From an uncultured Chloroflexia bacterium (GTDB lineage: Bacteria > Chloroflexota > Limnocylindria > Limnocylindrales > CSP1-4): a stretch of DNA of 64,000 bases. The DNA is taken from NCBI GenBank assembly GCA_963813535.1, contig CAWEZH010000002.1:1408001-1472000 (forward strand). Reading direction: 5' to 3'. Of this stretch, positions 59,696 to 64,000 are shown in pieces. The notes below the pieces were generated by a model. That model had not been told where the DNA came from, ran no database searches, and saw only the letters and a list, made by a program, of their open reading frames with translations. The position numbers and the translations under genes are program-made. The number at the start of each line of letters is the position of its first letter. The first letter of the stretch is position 1.

Positions 59696-60736
59696 ATGCG
59701 CGAGCCGATCCTCTACCTTTCCGCGGATGACGTGATCGCGGCGATGCCGCCCGTGGCCGAACGACTCGAGCTCGCGGAGCGGACGATGACGGCACTCGTC
59801 GATGATGCCGAGCTGCCGCCGAAGATCGGCGTCCATCCACGACCCACCGGGTCGTTCGCCCATGCGATGCCCGCGGCGCTCCGCCCGGCCGCGGCCCCAG
59901 CGGGTCGTGCCATCGATACCGGCAGCGACCTGCTCGGCATAAAGTGGGTCGCCGGCTTCCCGGAGAACCGCGCCGCCGGCCTGCCCGCCATCCACGCCGT
60001 CGTGATCCTCAGCGATCCGGGAACCGGTGAACCGCGCGCGATCCTCGACGGTGGGCCGATCACCGCGCAGCGGACGGCCGCGGTCTCGGGTGTCGCGATC
60101 GCCCGGTTCGGGCCACGCGCCGCGGCCGTGGCAGGCGCGGAGGACCATCCCTCTCGGGCCACGATCGTCGGCGGGGGCGTCCAGGGCAACAGCCACCTCG
60201 ACGTGCTCGGTCACGTGCTGCCGGGTGTGGCGGTGACGATCGTGGATCGCCACCCGGAGCGGGCCGAAGCCCTTGCGGAAACGGCGCGATCGACGCCCGG
60301 CATCGCCACCGCTCAGGCCATGCCGATCGAGCACGTCCGGGACGCAACCGCCGCTGCAGACGTCGTCATCACCGCGGCGTCGTTCACGGAACCCGCGCGG
60401 CGACAGGTCATGGATGGCACATGGCTCGCTCCTTGCGCGCTTGTCGTGCCGGTCGACTACGCCACGATGTGCGCCGCATCGGTCGCCCGCGACGCGGCCC
60501 TCTTCCTCGTCGACGACCGCGGACAGTTCCTGGCCAATCGCGAGGCCGGCCAGTTCGACGACTATCCCGATCCGACCGCCACCCTCGGCGAGGCGATCCT
60601 GGAGGGGACCATCCGGCCCTCGAGCGGGCGCGTCGTGGCGACCCATCTCGGCGTCGGCCTGGCCGACGTCGTCTTCGCGGACGCGATCGTCCGACGTGCT
60701 GAGGCGGCCGGGCTCGGCACCCGCCTGCCCCGCTGA
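59696..60736 (+). CDS. Ornithine cyclodeaminase / mu-crystallin family imine reductase
   Basis: HAMPA, GIKWVAGFPEN, ITAQRTAAVS, VGGGVQG, ADVVITA, HLGVGLADV. Confidence 0.88.
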   Translation: MREPILYLSADDVIAAMPPVAERLELAERTMTALVDDAELPPKIGVHPRPTGSFAHAMPAALRPAAAPAGRAIDTGSDLLGIKWVAGFPENRAAGLPAIHAVVILSDPGTGEPRAILDGGPITAQRTAAVSGVAIARFGPRAAAVAGAEDHPSRATIVGGGVQGNSHLDVLGHVLPGVAVTIVDRHPERAEALAETARSTPGIATAQAMPIEHVRDATAAADVVITAASFTEPARRQVMDGTWLAPCALVVPVDYATMCAASVARDAALFLVDDRGQFLANREAGQFDDYPDPTATLGEAILEGTIRPSSGRVVATHLGVGLADVVFADAIVRRAEAAGLGTRLPR

Positions 60737-60824
60737 CCGCCCGACCCCTCGCTGAGCGCCGACACGCGGGAGACCGCACACTAGGGCCTCGGGGGATGAG
60801 GAGGATCGAGGACCGAGGAGGAGC

Positions 60825-63410
60825 GTGCGGGCCGTTCGGTATGCCAGTGTCGGGCTGGTGATCGTCCTCCTCGTCTGGATCGTCGCAGGCGCCGGAGCAC
60901 TCGTGTGGGTCACCGGCCGAGCCCTGCCGCAGACCACCGGCACGCTCCGGATCCCCGGGCTCGACGGGAGCGCCACCATCCGCCGGGACGTACACGGTGT
61001 CGCCCAGATCGACGCATCGACGCCGCACGATCTGTTCCTCGCCCAGGGCTATGCGCACGCCCAGGAGCGGATGTGGCAGATGGAGGTCTGGCGGCACATC
61101 TCGTCCGGCCGCCTGTCCGAGCTGTTCGGCCCCGGGTCCATCGACGACGACCGGTTCATCCGCACCCTCGGCTGGCGCGTCGCGGCCGAACGCGACATCG
61201 CTCTGCTCGCGCCCGAGACGCGAGCCGTGCTCGACGCCTACGCCGCCGGCGTCAACGCCTGGCTCGAGGCCAACCGCGACCGGCTCGGGCTCGCCTTCGT
61301 CGTGACCGGTGCTGACCCGGAGCCGTGGACCGCGCTGGACACCCTGGCGTGGGCCAAGGTCCAGGCGTGGAACCTCGGCGGGAACATGGGCTCCGAGATC
61401 TTTCGGTACCTCGCCGATGCGCGGCTCGGGGACCCGGCGCGGACCGACGAGCTGTTCCCGACCCGGGAGTTCGGGCCGGTCATCGTGCCGAGCGACGGCC
61501 AGGGCGCGCCGGAGGATGCCAGCACGCTCGCTCCGCCCGCGGCTGCCGCCGCTCCTCCCTCGCTGACCGCCGAGCAGCTCGACGCGTGGGCCGACGTCGG
61601 CCGGCTTGGCAGCGAAGCTCTGGCGGTCGCCGGTCTCGATACTGCGGGCGGCGGGTTGGCATCGCGCCACGCGATCGGATCGAACGACTGGGTGGTCGGC
61701 CCGGCGATGTCGTCGACCGGCGGCGCGCTGCTGGCGAACGATCCGCATCTCGGGATCTCGATGCCGTCGATCTGGTACATCAACGGGCTCCATTGCGCTC
61801 CGGTGACCGCGATGTGCCCGTACGACGTCAGCGGTGTGACCTTCCCGGGCGTGCCGGGCGTCGTCCTCGGCCACAACTCGCGCATCGCCTGGGGCGTGAC
61901 CAACGTCGAGCCCGATGTCCAGGACCTGGTCATCGAAACACTCGACACGGCCGATCCGACCCGGTACGTCGGCCCCGGTGGCACGCCACGGGACTTCATC
62001 GCGCGGACCGAGCGGATCGAAGTGAAGGGCGGTGCCCCGCTCGACATCACGGTCCGTGAGACCGTCCACGGACCGATCCTCAACGATGTCGACGATCGCC
62101 TCGAGGGGGCGCCGCTGATGGCCCTCCGCTGGACGTCGATCTCGCCGGACTCCGGCCCCGACCGGACGGTCGAGTCGTTCCTGCGGCTCATGGTCGCGAC
62201 CGACTTCGCATCGTTCCGGGAGGCGCTCACGGGGTTCGTCGGCCCCTCGCAGAACTTCGTGTACGCGGATGTCGATGGCCACATCGGCTACCAGATGCCG
62301 GGCGTCATCCCCACCCGCTCAGACCCGGACGATCGCGGGCTGCGCCCCGTGTCGGGCTCGGATGGCAGCGGCGAATGGACGGGCCGCATCCCGTTCGACG
62401 AGCTGCCGAGCGCGCTCGATCCCGAGGATGGCTGGGTCGTGACGGCCAACAACGCGGTCACCGACGAGGCGTACCCCCATTTCATCGGTGCCGAGTTCGA
62501 CCCCGGCTACCGGGCGGAGCGGATCATCGACCTGATCAACGACTACGGACAGGACGGGTTGAACGTCCCGGAGATGAGCGCCATCCAGAACGACACGGCG
62601 CCGCTCCGCGCCCGCGACATCGTCGTGGCTCTCGGCGACATCCGACCGTCCACGCCCGATGGCGCGATCATCGCCGCCCGCATCGCCGACTGGGACGGGG
62701 CGTGCCTGGTCGACAGCCGCGGCTGTGCCGCCTATATGGCCTGGGAGTACCGCGTGCTCCGCGCCATGTTCGACGACGAGCTGGGACCGCTTGCCCGCGA
62801 CTACGTCGGCAGCACGGCCAGCTGGGTGGCACTCGAGCAAGCGCTCGCCGATCCGGACTGGGCCTGGTGGGACGACACCACGACGCCCGGCGTCACGGAG
62901 ACATGGGAGCACGTCGTCGCCAGCGCGATGGACACCGCAGGCTCCGAGCTACGAGCGGCCTTCGGGGACCCCGATGGCTGGACCTGGGGACGGATGCACA
63001 CGGCCACCTTCGAAGAGCCGACCATCGGCACGAGCGGGATCGGACCGCTCGAGTGGTACTTCAACGCCGGCCCGGTTGCGGTCGACGGCGCCGACGGCGC
63101 GATCGACGCCTCCTACTACCGACTCGGGCGGGGCTACCCCGACCCGGACGATCCGACGGTCGAGCCGGCCGGGATGGATGAGCTGTTCACCGTCACCAAC
63201 CTGCCGTCCTACCGACTCGTGATGGACATGTCGGACCTCGACGGCGCCCGGATCGTGATCACGACCGGTCAGTCGGGCATGCCGTTCGACCGGCACTACA
63301 CGGACCAGATCGAACCGTGGCGGACCGGTGGGACGCTACCGCTGCCGTTCACGCCTGCGGCGATCGACGCCTCGACGGTGGCGACGCTCACCCTCGAGCC
63401 GGCGAGCTAG
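60825..63410 (+). CDS. Penicillin acylase family Ntn-hydrolase (membrane-anchored)
   Basis: N-terminal TM, RDVHGV..I, AQGYAHAQERMWQM, beta-chain nucleophile GSNDW, LANDPHL, GHN, NFVYAD, TANN, WGRMH, GQSG. GAGGAGGAG RBS. Confidence 0.93.
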   Translation: MRAVRYASVGLVIVLLVWIVAGAGALVWVTGRALPQTTGTLRIPGLDGSATIRRDVHGVAQIDASTPHDLFLAQGYAHAQERMWQMEVWRHISSGRLSELFGPGSIDDDRFIRTLGWRVAAERDIALLAPETRAVLDAYAAGVNAWLEANRDRLGLAFVVTGADPEPWTALDTLAWAKVQAWNLGGNMGSEIFRYLADARLGDPARTDELFPTREFGPVIVPSDGQGAPEDASTLAPPAAAAAPPSLTAEQLDAWADVGRLGSEALAVAGLDTAGGGLASRHAIGSNDWVVGPAMSSTGGALLANDPHLGISMPSIWYINGLHCAPVTAMCPYDVSGVTFPGVPGVVLGHNSRIAWGVTNVEPDVQDLVIETLDTADPTRYVGPGGTPRDFIARTERIEVKGGAPLDITVRETVHGPILNDVDDRLEGAPLMALRWTSISPDSGPDRTVESFLRLMVATDFASFREALTGFVGPSQNFVYADVDGHIGYQMPGVIPTRSDPDDRGLRPVSGSDGSGEWTGRIPFDELPSALDPEDGWVVTANNAVTDEAYPHFIGAEFDPGYRAERIIDLINDYGQDGLNVPEMSAIQNDTAPLRARDIVVALGDIRPSTPDGAIIAARIADWDGACLVDSRGCAAYMAWEYRVLRAMFDDELGPLARDYVGSTASWVALEQALADPDWAWWDDTTTPGVTETWEHVVASAMDTAGSELRAAFGDPDGWTWGRMHTATFEEPTIGTSGIGPLEWYFNAGPVAVDGADGAIDASYYRLGRGYPDPDDPTVEPAGMDELFTVTNLPSYRLVMDMSDLDGARIVITTGQSGMPFDRHYTDQIEPWRTGGTLPLPFTPAAIDASTVATLTLEPAS

Positions 63411-63423
63411 GCCGGCGACCCGC

Positions 63424-63762
63424 CTAGGACTCGCTCATCTCCAGCGGGCCGTCGGGCACCTCGATCAGCACGCGGCCGTCCTCGACCACGACGGGGTAGA
63501 CAGCAAGCGGTTCTTCGGCGGGCGGATCGAGCGGCTCGCCGTTCGAGAGGTCGAAGCGCGACAGGTGCAGCGCACAGGTCAGCGTGCCGTTGGTCAGGAA
63601 GCCCTTGTCGAGCTCGAAGTACTCGTGCGAGCAGACACCCTGGACCGCGGTGAACTCGCCGCCCTGGTTGATGACGAGGACCTGGTCCGTGCCGTCCACG
63701 AACACCATCTGCATCTCGCCGTCGCCGACCTCGTCGATGCCGACCAGGTCGATCCGTCTCAT
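63424..63762 (-). CDS. Rieske [2Fe-2S] ferredoxin (SUF-associated)
   Basis: CSHE and CALHLSRFDL Rieske ligand motifs; lies downstream of sufD. Confidence 0.9.
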   Translation of the reverse strand: MRRIDLVGIDEVGDGEMQMVFVDGTDQVLVINQGGEFTAVQGVCSHEYFELDKGFLTNGTLTCALHLSRFDLSNGEPLDPPAEEPLAVYPVVVEDGRVLIEVPDGPLEMSES

Positions 63763-63811
63763 CTGTTCGCCCCGCCCACCCGGGGCCGTCGCGACGGAGG
63801 TTGTGGAGGCA

Positions 63812-64000
63812 TCAGGCCGCAGCCTCGCCGGTGACCCCGTCGGTGCCCGCGATCCACTTCTGTTCGAGCAGCTCGCGCAGTCGATCCTGCGCAGATGCCA
63901 GCGGCACGCGCGCCACGACCGGCTCGAGGAAGCCGAGCACGATGAACTTGCGCGCCTCGTCTGGCGGGATGCCGCGCGACTCGAGATAGAAGAGCTGGGT
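63812..64000 (-). CDS. sufD: Fe-S cluster assembly protein SufD, C-terminal fragment
   Basis: Manual translation TQLFYLESRGIPPDEARKFIVLGFLEPVVARVP...LLEQKW, stop at 63812-14. It lacks the SufB-type LPMEYA..MEGSVG ending. Confidence 0.8.
   Translation of the reverse strand, partial: TQLFYLESRGIPPDEARKFIVLGFLEPVVARVPLASAQDRLRELLEQKWIAGTDGVTGEAAA

Noticed and set aside
60825-63410. Quorum-quenching AHL acylase linked to the LuxR-type regulator
   Set aside because: Substrate cannot be inferred from family motifs, and the regulator is LAL-type with no autoinducer-binding domain

Overview
High-GC (~70%) bacterial chromosomal window with about 55 genes. Gene style suggests Chloroflexota (Limnocylindria-like) or Actinomycetota, but that is inference only. 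From left to right: gltX (partial), a DtxR-like regulator, a membrane J-domain protein and asparaginase II; a dispersed pyrimidine salvage/reductive-catabolism set (upp, NMT1-type ABC transporter, class III aminotransferase, beta-ureidopropionase-like nitrilase, Mer-like LLM oxidoreductase, hydA, and mmsA further on); two DAGK-family kinases with a PAP2 phosphatase; an RsbW/RsbV/RsbU-like module; a ~12.6 kb gene for a ~4,200 aa secreted LamG/metallophosphoesterase/Ig-repeat protein, broken by three +1 insertions that are probably sequence errors; a degenerate lgt paralogue opposite a SARP/BTAD activator; mdh, pckA and an aldehyde dehydrogenase; a SAM-I riboswitch ahead of a ThrC-like gene and a sulfur carrier; a Cys-motif adenylate cyclase; reverse transsulfuration genes; a LAL/LuxR regulator followed by a small exported triple-repeat peptide; plsC-lgt; an ECF sigma/anti-sigma pair; an OCD-family enzyme; a penicillin acylase; and a Rieske ferredoxin with the 3' end of sufD. 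No rRNA, tRNA, CRISPR array or IS element was seen. The best candidates for new biology are the regulator/repeat-peptide cassette, the LLM-based uracil reduction route, the SAM-controlled sulfur-carrier homocysteine route and the giant phosphoesterase/adhesin.
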